64,000 nucleotides of DNA from assembly GCA_963733055.1 (NCBI GenBank), contig CAVTBR010000003.1, positions 288,001-352,000 on the forward strand, given 5' to 3'. The notes beneath the pieces were generated by a model that did no database searches, had not been told where the DNA came from, and was given only the letters and a program-made list of their open reading frames with translations. The position numbers were made by a program, and so were the translations under genes. This document shows, piece by piece, positions 29,365 through 39,916 of this stretch (position 1 is the stretch's first letter; each line of letters opens with the position of its first letter). The DNA is from Candidatus Bathyarchaeota archaeon (GTDB taxonomy: Archaea > Thermoproteota > Bathyarchaeia > 40CM-2-53-6).

Positions 29365-30321
29365 TTGACAAGAGTATTCTTCGCAACCGACGTCCACGGT
29401 TCTGAACGTGCGTTCAGAAAGTTCGTGAGCGCCGGTCCCTTCTACAAGGCAGGAATAGTGATTCTGGGAGGGGACATAACCGGCAAGATGATGACTCCAA
29501 TCGTTAAGACGAGCGAGCACACCTACGACGGTTACTACTATCAGAAAAAAGTTGAATTACATAACGATAGTGAACTTGAAAAGTTCGAGAAAGAAGTCAA
29601 GAATACTGGGTACTATCCATACCATTGTTCAGCAGACGAACTAGCAACGATTACGACAGACAAAGACAAAGCAGGCGCCATAATATTTCAGTTAATGAAA
29701 GAGCGACTTGAAGACTGGATTAGGCTCATTGAGGAGAAGCTCAAGGGCACCGGGGTTAAGATCTACATAACGGGAGGAAATGACGACCCCTACGAGGTTG
29801 AAAGTATCCTTCGTAAATCGGATTTTATTATCGACCCCGAAGGTGAAGTAATCAAGATCGATGAGAACAAGGAAATGATTAGCTCTGGCTTCAGCAACCC
29901 AACACCGTGGAAGACACCCAGGGAAGTCAGCGAGGAGAGGTTGAAGGAAGAAATTGAGAAGATGGTCTCCAAAGTTCAAGACATGAAGAACTGCATCTTC
30001 AACATTCACGTTCCACCTAAGGACTCCCAGTTAGACACATGCCCGCAACTGGATGATTCGGTGTATCCTCCGAAACCAATTCTGGACAAGGGAAGACCTG
30101 TGGAGTTTGGAGCCGGAAGCTCGTCAGTGCGTCTCGCTATAGAGAAACTCCAACCGCTCCTAGGCCTCCATGGTCACATTCATGAGAGCCGCGGCGCAAT
30201 AAAGATAGGAAGAACAGTTTGCATAAACCCAGGTAGCGAATACCAAGAAGGAATACTTCGCGGCGCAATAATTGACCTCAAGAAGGACAAGATTGACGAT
30301 TACCAGCTGACGTCAGGCTGA
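29365..30321 (+). CDS. Calcineurin-like metallophosphoesterase
   Basis: TDVHGS, GGDITGK, GGNDD, HVPP, HGHIHE, NPGS motifs. Confidence 0.92.
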   Translation: MTRVFFATDVHGSERAFRKFVSAGPFYKAGIVILGGDITGKMMTPIVKTSEHTYDGYYYQKKVELHNDSELEKFEKEVKNTGYYPYHCSADELATITTDKDKAGAIIFQLMKERLEDWIRLIEEKLKGTGVKIYITGGNDDPYEVESILRKSDFIIDPEGEVIKIDENKEMISSGFSNPTPWKTPREVSEERLKEEIEKMVSKVQDMKNCIFNIHVPPKDSQLDTCPQLDDSVYPPKPILDKGRPVEFGAGSSSVRLAIEKLQPLLGLHGHIHESRGAIKIGRTVCINPGSEYQEGILRGAIIDLKKDKIDDYQLTSG

Positions 30322-30385
30322 CCGCAACTTCGCCCAAAACAGAATATGTCCTTCGGTCCACATGGCGACTTAGCGTCGATGTGGA

Positions 30386-31171
30386 TCAGCGAGTTACTTC
30401 TTCAACATCCCTGTACCATTTGCTCTTTGAGCCCACTTTCGCTCTCATTTTCCAGGAGAATGATTTCGGTTCGTCTTCTATCCGTTTCAACAATTCTCCT
30501 ATCTTCAGGGTTATATCGTTGCGGTCTTCGTGCCTTAACTCGTTATACTTTGCGAGCCGGGTCTGAACTTTTCCCAGGTTCGTCGTCACGGTGTAGTAAA
30601 AGCCCCAATCTGATGCAAGCAGTTTAGCTATGTGTCCAGCGTCGACTGTTTCCGGCGTATTACCGTCCTTACCAATCGCATGTTCTCGAAGGAGCATCAT
30701 TGTGTCGATGTAATCTTTCTCGTTGACTTGCACGATCTGCAGCTTCTCAAGCAGCATGTCTGCGAGTGAGATAGTTAGCTCATCAAGAGCTAGGCGATCC
30801 TTGAAGGGAATATCGTGGTTCATCTCTAACTTGTCTAGAAAAATATCGATGTGGATCCCGTTTGACTTATTGTCCCAAATCAAACGCTTGTGGCCGAAGA
30901 GCGCAGTGACTGAGGGTTCATCCTCATACCCAAATTCCTTCATCATCGACGCCATCGCGTCTTTCTCTTTGCTGTACCCCGCAAAGTCGATGTCAGTTAG
31001 AACTCTATCCAATTTGGTGCTAAAGTAGCTGAACTTCGGGCAGTGAATTTGGAATGCTATTGCACCAAGAAGACGAATGTGTACCTCACGTTTCTTTGCT
31101 TCTTCGACTAACCGGGTTCCTTCGCCCATCATAAGCGCTAGCCGTTGCCGATCGGATACTGTGCCTGCCAT
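30386..31171 (-). CDS. Putative Pol-beta-superfamily nucleotidyltransferase (uncharacterised)
   Basis: RLLGAIAF..H, DIDF, IDIF, LLEKLQI.....KD..D pattern resembles the G[GS/A]...DxD...D NTase core. Confidence 0.6.
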   Translation of the reverse strand: MAGTVSDRQRLALMMGEGTRLVEEAKKREVHIRLLGAIAFQIHCPKFSYFSTKLDRVLTDIDFAGYSKEKDAMASMMKEFGYEDEPSVTALFGHKRLIWDNKSNGIHIDIFLDKLEMNHDIPFKDRLALDELTISLADMLLEKLQIVQVNEKDYIDTMMLLREHAIGKDGNTPETVDAGHIAKLLASDWGFYYTVTTNLGKVQTRLAKYNELRHEDRNDITLKIGELLKRIEDEPKSFSWKMRAKVGSKSKWYRDVEEVTR

Positions 31172-31249
31172 GTAGCCAGACTCACAACACTATTGCACTC
31201 TCAATTTGCCAGTTCTTTATAGCTTTGACCGGTCGTTACCGGGAAACTC

Positions 31250-33516
31250 TCATTTATTCTGCTTCAACGCCTTTAGTACTCTGTCAGGGTTGGCTGGAAG
31301 GGAATTGATCCTGACCCCGGTGGCGTTGTAAATTGCGTTCAAAATCGCTGGTGCCGTTGGAACGCTGCTTTGTTCCCCGACTCCCTTGGCGCCAAAGGGT
31401 CCGGAGGGTTCGTCTGTCTCCACGATGATTGGGTCGATCTCGGGCATGTCCATCGAAGTCGGAACGAGGTAGTCGACGAAATTCGGGTTCAGATTTCTGC
31501 CCTGCTCTAGCGCAATGTTCTCCAAAAGCGCCATACCTATCCCGAAACCAATTCCTCCGCTTATCTGACCACGAACCAAGGACGCGTTCATGGCCTTGCC
31601 AACATCGTGCGCGGCTGCGATCTTCAGTACTTTAACTATGCCAGTTCGTGTGTCAACCTCGACCTGCGCAACTTGGGTCGCGTAGGCGTAGGTAGGGTAT
31701 GGGTTCCCCTGTCCCGTCTCAGGATCTAGAGGGGTATTGGGAGGGTTGAACGTGGCCACCTCGCTAATCGGCTTCCCTCTATGATAACTGAGGGTCGCGA
31801 CTTCGCTGATTGGAATGTGTTTTTCAGGTGCTCCTCTAACGTACACCATATCATTCGCGGTTTCTAACGCATCGGTCTTGACTGATAATTTCTCGGCCGC
31901 AATTTCTAAAAGCTGTTGTCTGGCGGCGGTCGTCGCAAGTTTTACAGCGTTACCATTAGTGTATGTCCCTCGGCTTGCAACGCATCCCAGGTCGTAGGGG
32001 TCGGTGTCTGTATCGCCGCAGAGAACCGTGATATTCGCAAGAGAGATTCCTGTCGTCTCAGCTGCAATCTGAGCCATAACAGTCTTTGCACCTTGCCCCG
32101 TGTCGACGAGTCCGATCTGCACAGTCATCGTACCGTCTGGATATATTTTCACGTAGGCGCCAGCGGGGTTCGCCTCCTCGGTGATTGTGACGGGATAGAG
32201 CACTGAGGCAATACCTATGCCTCTCTTAACGGGCCCTGTCTTCTTCTCCGGTCCAACCAGCTCCTGGTTCCATTTCATAGCTTCACTAGCTCTCAGGATT
32301 GTTTCTGATATTCCTACGCTGTGAAGTACCTGGCCCGTCATTGTTCGATCGCCATTCTTGAGAGCGTTCTTGAGGCGGAATCTCACTGGATCCATACCAA
32401 GTTCCGCCGCGATGTGATCCATGTGAAGTTTCTTCGGCCGCGAGAACTTGCGCCACGCCAAACCCTCGCATGGCTCCACCCACCGGGTTGTTGGTGAACA
32501 CGAGGTAACCGTCCACTTTCATATTCGGAATCCGGTATGGCCCACTTGAACAGATGCAGCCCTTCATTAGACTGGAGGGGCCGTACGACGTGTAAGCTCC
32601 AGCATCACTTGTCACCTTCACCTCCCTTGCAACTATTTCACCGTCCTTCTTGACGCCGGTCTTATACTCGACATACATTAGGTGCCGTGAAGTTGAGCCA
32701 ACGAACTCATCTTCACGAGTCCAGACAATCCTGACCGGGTGACCTGTCTTCATGGCAAGAAGAGCGACGTATGGTTCAACGGACATGTCGTTTCGGCCAC
32801 CGAAGTTTCCACCCGACTCTGCTTGGACAATCCTAACCTTGGATAACTGTACTCCCAGGACCTTGGCAAGCTCAGCCTGAACCACGAAAGGCATTGAGAG
32901 GCAAGTACGAACGGTCATTTTGCCGTCAGGCGACATAACCGCTGTCGCGGCATGTGGTTCGATGTGGCAATGCTCCATCCTCTGTGTCCACAGATTGTCT
33001 TCGATCACCAGATCGGAGTTTCTGAAGCCTTTCTCAACATCTCCCGATCTAATCTTCCGATGCGTTCTCAGGTTGCCGCCTTCGTGTAACTTAGGCGCGG
33101 TCGGGTTTCAGGGCGTCTCGAAAATCGAAGACGGCGGGCAGTTCTTCATATTTGACATCAATTAACTGCAGAGCGTCCTCGGCAATTTCCTCAGACTCTG
33201 CGGCAACGGCTGCGATCGGGTCGCCGACGTATCGCACTCTGTCGCTGGCGAATATTACCTGGTCCTCAACTTCGCCGCCAAAAAAGTTGTACGGAACATC
33301 CTTCGCCGTGATAACAGAACTGACACCGGGCAGTCTCTGGGCTTTTTCAACGTCTATGCTCAGGATTCTAGCGTGAGGCATAGGACTCCTGAGAATTTTG
33401 GCATACAACATCCCCTGAAGCTCTGTATCGTCGCCGTACTTTGCCTGGCCAAGAACCTTATCGAGCACGTCAACCTTCGCTACGCCCTTACCAAGAACTT
33501 GATACTTCGTCTCCAA
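31250..33516 (-). CDS. Xanthine dehydrogenase-family molybdopterin-binding large subunit (frameshifts near 33100 and 32430)
   Basis: Three consecutive ORFs join: KVLGQAKYGDD, RSPMPHA; HCHIEPH, GGNFGGR, DAGAY, AMRGFG; GQG..T, ASRGT, HDVG, GQI.GG, GAKGVGE. TTG start at 33516. Confidence 0.9.
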
Positions 33517-33517
33517 T

Positions 33518-34000
33518 TCACAACTTCTCCTCGATCTTTCCATTTCGCGCCGTTGCTAGAATGGCTCTGATTATCGGTACGTATCCCGTACATCTGCAAA
33601 GATTTCCTGAGATTCCGTTCTTGACCTCTTCTTCCGTCGGGTTCGGATTATCCCGCAGCAAGGCTGTGGCCGAAAGCAGAACACCCGGAGTGCAGAAGCC
33701 GCAATGAACGGCGCCCCGCTCCACGAAAGCCTTCTGCAAGGGATGCAGATGATCCGGCGTTCCCAAGCCCTCAATCGTCATTACGTCTCTATGGTCTACT
33801 CTCGGCGCCAAGACTAAGCAGGAACAGACTGGTTCCCCATCAAGCAGCACCGTACACGCACCGCATTCTCCGCGAGCACATCCCTTCTTCGTCCCAGTCA
33901 GTTTGAGGCTGCCCCGCAGAACATCTAACAACGTCGAGTTTGGCTTAACTTCAACCGCAACTGTTTTCCCGTTCAATACGAAACTGATTTTTTCATCCAA
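33518..34000 (-). CDS. (2Fe-2S) small subunit of the molybdo-hydroxylase (CoxS-like)
   Basis: GTKKGCARGECGACTV, CGFCTPG, GNLCRCTGY. Confidence 0.95.
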   Translation of the reverse strand: MDEKISFVLNGKTVAVEVKPNSTLLDVLRGSLKLTGTKKGCARGECGACTVLLDGEPVCSCLVLAPRVDHRDVMTIEGLGTPDHLHPLQKAFVERGAVHCGFCTPGVLLSATALLRDNPNPTEEEVKNGISGNLCRCTGYVPIIRAILATARNGKIEEKL

Positions 34001-34004
34001 GAAT

Positions 34005-34868
34005 CTAGGCGCCTGCCTTCCCGACGGCCTTGCTGATTGCCATCTGAACGATTACCTTTGAGACATCTCTCCTATACTCGGCGGAAGCGCGCACATCTGA
34101 TATAGGGCGAATTTCCTGTGAACTTATCTCAGCGGCCTCGTTGATCTCTTTTTCACCAAGGGTCTTCCCAACGAGACTTGACTCTGCCTTTCTCACACGA
34201 AGTGGGGTTGGAGCTACAGACCCGAGGGCTATCCGGGCGCTCTTGCACACGCCATTTGGAATGTTGATTGAAACGGCAACGCTAACGATTGCTAGATCGT
34301 TCCCGTTCCGCCTCCCTACTTTGATGAACGCCGTCCCAGTTTTGGGCGCCCGATCTGGGACTTGAACTTCTGTTAGCAACTCGTCGTGCTGAATGACCGT
34401 CTTCTTCACGTCTAGGAAGAAGTCATCAATCATTACGGTCCTCTGTCCGCTTGATTTGACAAGTTTCAATTTCGCCCCCAATGCAAGCAGAGGTGTGGAG
34501 GTATCTGAACATGGAGAGGCATTGACGAGGTTCCCGCCAACTGTCCCCATATTCCTGATCAGTGGCGACCCAATGCGGCTAGCGGCATCGGCTAGGATAG
34601 GCGCATTTTCTGATACAATGGATGATCGCTCGAGCGTTCGATGTCTGGTTAGCGCCCCAATTCTCAATGAATCGTCGCCCTCTTCAATGAAATCAAGTTC
34701 GCTGAGATTGCTTATGTCGACTACATATCGGGGTGTAACAAATCGCAGTTTCAGTAGCGGTATCAGGTCAGTACCGCCCGCAATCAAAGTTCCTTCCGAA
34801 CCGAATTTCTCGATCAGCGACAGCGTTTCCTTCACTGTTTTCGGCGCGCTGTATTCAAATGGCTTCAT
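34005..34868 (-). CDS. FAD-binding medium subunit of the molybdo-hydroxylase (CoxM-like)
   Basis: MKPFEY..P, IAGGTDL, IRNMGTVGGNL.NASP.SD, PISDVRASAEYR; start could be up to 34901. Confidence 0.93.
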   Translation of the reverse strand: MKPFEYSAPKTVKETLSLIEKFGSEGTLIAGGTDLIPLLKLRFVTPRYVVDISNLSELDFIEEGDDSLRIGALTRHRTLERSSIVSENAPILADAASRIGSPLIRNMGTVGGNLVNASPCSDTSTPLLALGAKLKLVKSSGQRTVMIDDFFLDVKKTVIQHDELLTEVQVPDRAPKTGTAFIKVGRRNGNDLAIVSVAVSINIPNGVCKSARIALGSVAPTPLRVRKAESSLVGKTLGEKEINEAAEISSQEIRPISDVRASAEYRRDVSKVIVQMAISKAVGKAGA

Positions 34869-34927
34869 GCTGAAGAGTTCCGGAGTCATTCTACACGACA
34901 TACTACGATCCCTCTCTCAAATCGGGA

Positions 34928-36382
34928 TCAGAGTTCAAAGTACACGTGCTTGAGCTGGGTGTACTCATGCAACCCTTCAAGGCCCCTCTCCCTTCCGATG
35001 CCACTTTGTTTGTAGCCGCCGAACTCAGCTTCCGGAAACGTCTTGCCGTACGCATTGACCCAAACCGTGCCCGCTTTCACTTTTCTAGCAAATCCAAAGG
35101 CAGTCTTGATATCTCGCGTCCACACGGCGGCAGCCAATCCGAAGGCTGAGTCGTTGGCCACCTTAACTGCTTCCTCTTCGGTATCGAACGGGATCACGAC
35201 AACAACTGGGCCGAAGATCTCTTCTTGGGCTATGCGTGCTTTTGTTGGTACGTTGTCGAAAACCGTTGGAGCGACGAAATTCCCCCGGCCTAACTCACCT
35301 GTCGTTAATCTTGTTCCGCCTGTCACGAGTTCACCTTCGCTTTTTCCCTCTTCGATGTACTTGAGAACGGTTTTCATCTGGCTGCCCGATATAATCGGTC
35401 CAAGTTCGGAGCTTTCATCTAGTCCGTTTCCAACGCGCATTGACTGTGCCTTTTGCTTCAGCGTGGTTACGAATTTCTCATGAATTTGTTTCTGAACCAA
35501 TAGCCTCGTGGCCGCGAAGCAGATCTGTCCACTATGGGTAAATGCTCCACTTAAGGCTCCGGCAACGGCTTTCTCCTGATCAGCATCGGCGAAAACTACG
35601 TCAGGCGATTTGCCTCCAAGCTCCAGAGCAAGTTTCTTAACATTGTTCGCTGAGAGTTTCAGGATCTCTCTTCCCGTGTTCGCGTCGCCTGTGAAGGATA
35701 TCATGTCAACCTTGGGGCTTGAAACAATCTCGGCGCCAACGATGGACCCAGGACCCGTGATGAAGCTTAAGACACCCTTCGGAATCTCGGGAACTTTCGT
35801 CGCTAGTTCAATTATTCGCGCAGTGGTCAAAGGCGTAAAGCTTGCCGGCTTTACGATGCAGATGTTGCCGGCAGCAAGAGACGTGGCCATACCCCGGAAC
35901 AGCAGCAGGACTGGAACATTCCATGGCACGATGTGGCCGACTACACCCATAGGTTCACGCATAATGACGCTGTAGGAACCTTGAGCCATACTGAATGACT
36001 CGCCGCGGATATTCCTTGCAAAACCAGCATTGTACCTGAGCGTATCAACTGATGCGTCAATCTCGCCTTTCGCTTGTTTAAGCGGTTTCCCACATTCCAA
36101 TGTGAGTAATCGAGCCAAAGCATCGCGTTGCCCCTCCATGAGGTCGGCCAGTTTGTAGAGGGCCACAGCACGCGCTTTAGGATTCATCACCCAGTTCGGA
36201 TCTTCTCGACAATCATCTGCGAAATCGATCACCCGTTTAGCATCCTCGAGAGATGAGTTCTGAGCCTTAGCTATGGTTTCACCATTTGCTGGGTTTGTAA
36301 CTTCGAAAGTTTCACCGTTCGATGCTTGCACCCATTCACCGCCGATCAAGTTCCTGAGTACGTGAACTTCGGCTTTGTGCAC
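34928..36382 (-). CDS. NAD(P)-dependent aldehyde dehydrogenase
   Basis: PWN, FTG, LELGGKSP, GQICFA catalytic Cys, EEIFGPV, FGGYKQSG.GRE; likely GTG start at 36382. Confidence 0.95.
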   Translation of the reverse strand: MHKAEVHVLRNLIGGEWVQASNGETFEVTNPANGETIAKAQNSSLEDAKRVIDFADDCREDPNWVMNPKARAVALYKLADLMEGQRDALARLLTLECGKPLKQAKGEIDASVDTLRYNAGFARNIRGESFSMAQGSYSVIMREPMGVVGHIVPWNVPVLLLFRGMATSLAAGNICIVKPASFTPLTTARIIELATKVPEIPKGVLSFITGPGSIVGAEIVSSPKVDMISFTGDANTGREILKLSANNVKKLALELGGKSPDVVFADADQEKAVAGALSGAFTHSGQICFAATRLLVQKQIHEKFVTTLKQKAQSMRVGNGLDESSELGPIISGSQMKTVLKYIEEGKSEGELVTGGTRLTTGELGRGNFVAPTVFDNVPTKARIAQEEIFGPVVVVIPFDTEEEAVKVANDSAFGLAAAVWTRDIKTAFGFARKVKAGTVWVNAYGKTFPEAEFGGYKQSGIGRERGLEGLHEYTQLKHVYFEL

Positions 36383-36398
36383 GTTCTCTACCTGAATA

Positions 36399-37718
36399 CT
36401 ACTTTCCGACTTCAAAATCAATCGTCTCCTGAACAACATCAATACAATGATCCGCCTCTTCACGAGTGATACTGAGTGGCGGTGAGAACCTTATTCTATT
36501 CAGATACTGTCCCGCGCGAAAGAGAAGAACTCCACGTTCCGCGCATCCCCTCAGAATCTTCATTACAACTTCTGGCCGAGCGGGTTTTCTCGAGGCTTTG
36601 TCTTCGACGATTTCCCAACTAATTAAGAGACCTCTTCCTTGTACGTCGTCAACATGAGTATTTGTGGCGACATAGTCGCTGAGCCTAGCTAGAACGTGGT
36701 CACCGACTTTTCTCGCGTTATCTACAAGATGTTCTCTCTCTATGACCTCAATAGAGGCGAGGGCGGCAGCGCAGCTCACCGGGTTTCCTCCGAATGTTGA
36801 GAAGTCGGGTCCCTGGAACGAGTCAGCAATCTCAGATTTCGCCGAGATGACACCTATGGGAAAACCGCCTCCAAGTGCTTTGGCCATGGACACAATGTCC
36901 GCCTTTACCCCATAATGGTCGATGCCGAACATGCTCCCAGTCCTTCCGAAGCCAGTTTGAACTTCGTCAACGATGAACAGGATCTTATTCTCATCCAGAA
37001 TTTCCCTGATAATTTTGAAATATTCTGGCGGCGCCGGGATTGCGCCGGCAACACCTTGAATCGGTTCGGCTATGAAGGCTGCGGGTGCAGCGGAGACTTC
37101 AGTCTTCAACATTTTCTCCAAATAATGCGCGCAAGCATATTCACATTCAGGGGGTCCATTCTTGTAACCCATTGGGCATCGGTAACAATGGAATGAAGGG
37201 GCGTGCAATGTGCCCGACATAAACGGCCCGAGTCCGGCCCTCCAAGAACCAATTCCTGTTACGCCCATCGTAAAGCCTCCGCGCCCGTAGAAGCCTCCCT
37301 GAATCCCCACCGCTTCTCCGCGTCCGGTGTACTTCCTAGCTAGGGTGAGCGCATGTTCGTTCGCTTCGGTTCCGGTGTTGCAGAAGAAACTCTTAGTAGC
37401 TCCATGTATCGGAACCAACTCAGAAAGTTTCTTCGCCAGTCGAACCATAGGTTCCGTATAGAAGGTAGTACTAACGTGAGTCAGTCGTTCTATCTGTCTC
37501 CTTACGGCTTCGATAACGTATGGATGACAGTGCCCAACATTCATAACTGCAACGCCGCCCATGCAGTCGAGGTACTCCTTTCCCTCACTGTCCCAGAGCT
37601 TCGTTCCTAGCCCTTTCACGAAGACTATGTCAAACGAGGCCTTCACTGAGGGCATTATGTACTTTTTTTGAAGTTCGATTATCTCTGCTTTTGACAAAGT
37701 TGTTGCAGTTTGTAACAC
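36399..37718 (-). CDS. Class III PLP-dependent aminotransferase (GabT/ornithine/putrescine type)
   Basis: GKEYLD, NVGHCHP, GTEANE, AEPIQG, DEVQTGFGRTG, AKALGGG, STFGGNP. Confidence 0.95.
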   Translation of the reverse strand: MLQTATTLSKAEIIELQKKYIMPSVKASFDIVFVKGLGTKLWDSEGKEYLDCMGGVAVMNVGHCHPYVIEAVRRQIERLTHVSTTFYTEPMVRLAKKLSELVPIHGATKSFFCNTGTEANEHALTLARKYTGRGEAVGIQGGFYGRGGFTMGVTGIGSWRAGLGPFMSGTLHAPSFHCYRCPMGYKNGPPECEYACAHYLEKMLKTEVSAAPAAFIAEPIQGVAGAIPAPPEYFKIIREILDENKILFIVDEVQTGFGRTGSMFGIDHYGVKADIVSMAKALGGGFPIGVISAKSEIADSFQGPDFSTFGGNPVSCAAALASIEVIEREHLVDNARKVGDHVLARLSDYVATNTHVDDVQGRGLLISWEIVEDKASRKPARPEVVMKILRGCAERGVLLFRAGQYLNRIRFSPPLSITREEADHCIDVVQETIDFEVGK

Positions 37719-37776
37719 TCGCGCTCTCCAACTCGACCCGTGGGTGCAATTACCTATATTTTTGTGGACCGTAGAT

Positions 37777-37803
37777 TACGTATACTACGTACACTACGTA
37801 CGC
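37777..37803. repeat. Three tandem 9-bp units, each containing the palindrome TACGTA
   Basis: TACGTATAC-TACGTACAC-TACGTACGC read directly; lies just upstream of an A/T-rich TATA-like element (37750-37763) of the aminotransferase operon. Confidence 0.8.
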
Positions 37804-37820
37804 GAGCTGTGCCGAAAGTT

Positions 37821-37840
37821 AGCGTATGTAGAAATACGCT
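37821..37840. promoter_or_regulatory. Perfect 7-bp inverted repeat, candidate operator
   Basis: AGCGTAT-GTAGAA-ATACGCT. Confidence 0.4.
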
Positions 37841-37944
37841 GGAACGTTCCGCTGCACAACAATTTCCGGGCGAACTACCGCAATATACTTCATCGAGACT
37901 CCGATCAAGAGTTTCCGCTAATGCAAGATGCGTGCGTATTCCTT

Positions 37945-38799
37945 TCATTTTTTCCTCGGCTTAAGATACAATTGGGCCATTTCCTCATGTGTTGGATTCC
38001 AAATCCATCTAAGAGCAGTTATCGTGTCTAACGCTTCTTCAAACTCAATAGCACCATACGGTCTTCCGAATACATGCGCGTGAACGGTTACGTCAAGACA
38101 TGCCACGCCTTCATGCGTGGCGTACCATCTTTCAAGAATGCGGTGCAGGATTTGGGTGTAGGTGTTTGGCGCGTTCCCATACCGCACGTACAGTGGCATG
38201 TCGTTGACTTCCATCGTGAATGGAATTGCCACCAGCTTCTTGTCGCCGAAACTTTCCAAGTAAGGCATGTCGGCGTCGAAAGTATCATTATGCCATAGAA
38301 AATCCATTTCCGCGAGATGCTTGATCGTCGTTAACCCCGGTGTGGCTCGGGGGCTACTCCAACCCGTAATTTGCTTTCCTGAAGCGTGCGCGATAACCTC
38401 TTGGCATCGTTCAATGTTCTCCTTGTCAGCTTTCTCGTCAAGATATACAGGTAAGACATCTTGAGAATAAGAATGGCCGCATAATTCATGGCCTTCGTCC
38501 GCAATCCTTCTTACGAGTTCGGGGTATCGTTCGGCGATAATTCCGCTGGTGAATACCGTCGCCCTGACTTTCCTCTTATGCAAAATGTCTAGAAGCCGTG
38601 GCATGCCGGTAGTCGATGCGTACCGGGCCCAAGATCGAGACTGCGTATCGAGATAACCTGGTTTCAGTGGGTTTCCCATTGGGCCTATGGCGGGGGCAGA
38701 GTTGTCAGACCAGCCCTCAAGCGGTATGTTCACGAAAACAGCTACTCTTTTCCCGTCGGGCCAGCCGGCCGGTACAACTTCTCTCTTTCCATCTGGCAT
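37945..38799 (-). CDS. Polysaccharide deacetylase family (CE4, PuuE-like) amidohydrolase
   Basis: WPDGKRVAV, G.PRLLDIL, GHELCGHSY, W..P, HAHVFGRP. Confidence 0.85.
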   Translation of the reverse strand: MPDGKREVVPAGWPDGKRVAVFVNIPLEGWSDNSAPAIGPMGNPLKPGYLDTQSRSWARYASTTGMPRLLDILHKRKVRATVFTSGIIAERYPELVRRIADEGHELCGHSYSQDVLPVYLDEKADKENIERCQEVIAHASGKQITGWSSPRATPGLTTIKHLAEMDFLWHNDTFDADMPYLESFGDKKLVAIPFTMEVNDMPLYVRYGNAPNTYTQILHRILERWYATHEGVACLDVTVHAHVFGRPYGAIEFEEALDTITALRWIWNPTHEEMAQLYLKPRKK

Positions 38800-39786
38800 T
38801 TAATTTCTCGTTCCCGCAGGGGCACTTTCATGAGGCATATACTTTTGCGTCTTCATGCGGCCAAGCACTTCTTGGGTAGTCTGCAACAGCGCCTCGTCTC
38901 TGGCACTGCGCACATCGTTCGGGTTCATTCCACTCCAATCATAGTATCCTCGCCCTGACTTCAATCCCAGTTCACCTTTCTCGACCTTGTGTTTGAGAAA
39001 CTCTAGCGGTTCTTCCGAACCACTCAGTTCATTCCACAAATTCTTCGCAATTTTGTAGTTTAGATCTATACCATTCATGTCACGTTGTTCGAGAGGCCCA
39101 GAAACTGTCATTCTAGGAGCCAATCCTAGCGAGACAGTCAAATCGATGTCTTCGGCTCCGGCTATGCCTTCTGCAATCAAAAATGTAGCTTCACGGATCA
39201 TAGCATGCTGAATTCTATTCAGAATAAAACCTGGGATGTCCTTGTTTATCAAGATCGGAATCCGATGTAGCCCAAGCCATATCTCACGCGTACGTTTGAT
39301 CACGTCATCGGAGGTCTTGTCGCCTCTTATGACCTCAACGATCGGAACGACATGCGCGGGCTGTACGAAGTGCCCGCCAACGACTCGATCGGGTGTTCTT
39401 GTTGCGGCGGCAATTTTGCTTATTGGAAAGCCGGAAGTGTTGCTGGAGAGTATTGTGGTGCGCTCAGTAGATTCATCAAGTCTTCTGAAAACATCTTTTT
39501 TGACCTCTAGATCTTCAAACACAGCTTCAGCTACAAACTCGGCTCCCGCGGCAGCTTTTTCAAGAGAAGTGGTAGTTTGAATTCTCTCAATTACCTTAGA
39601 GGGGTCCTCTTGCAGGAGAGCGTGGCGATGAAGGTCTGAAGCGTACCGCCGAATGTTTTCTATCGATTTATCGAGAACGTTCTGATCTTTGTCCGTAAGA
39701 AATGTCTGCCTGCTCCCCATTGCCAAAACGAGTGCTATCTGGCCGCCCATAAGTCCGGCTCCTACGACCGCGGTTTTCTCTAACAA
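38800..39786 (-). CDS. 3-hydroxyacyl-CoA dehydrogenase family protein
   Basis: VVGAGLMG, EAVFEDLEVK, SSNTS, GHF..P, PGFILNR, G.LG.KSG.GYY. Confidence 0.92.
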   Translation of the reverse strand: MLEKTAVVGAGLMGGQIALVLAMGSRQTFLTDKDQNVLDKSIENIRRYASDLHRHALLQEDPSKVIERIQTTTSLEKAAAGAEFVAEAVFEDLEVKKDVFRRLDESTERTTILSSNTSGFPISKIAAATRTPDRVVGGHFVQPAHVVPIVEVIRGDKTSDDVIKRTREIWLGLHRIPILINKDIPGFILNRIQHAMIREATFLIAEGIAGAEDIDLTVSLGLAPRMTVSGPLEQRDMNGIDLNYKIAKNLWNELSGSEEPLEFLKHKVEKGELGLKSGRGYYDWSGMNPNDVRSARDEALLQTTQEVLGRMKTQKYMPHESAPAGTRN

Positions 39787-39916
39787 CTTGGCTCGTCACG
39801 GCCTCGGAGTCGGATGGTATAAAGCTCTGACTGCTTGACGCCAAAGATGATTTCGTGATCTATCACACGTAGTGAAACAAACTTTGCATGGATGCGGTGG
39901 TTTCCGATTCGACCAG

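Noticed and set aside
31250-34901. Aerobic CO dehydrogenase (coxLMS)
   Set aside because: The large subunit has AMRGFG, not the AYxCSFR (form I) or AYRGAGR (form II) active-site loop
37777-37803. CRISPR array or mini-array
   Set aside because: Only 9-bp units without spacers; no cas genes and no 25-40-bp repeats seen anywhere in the window
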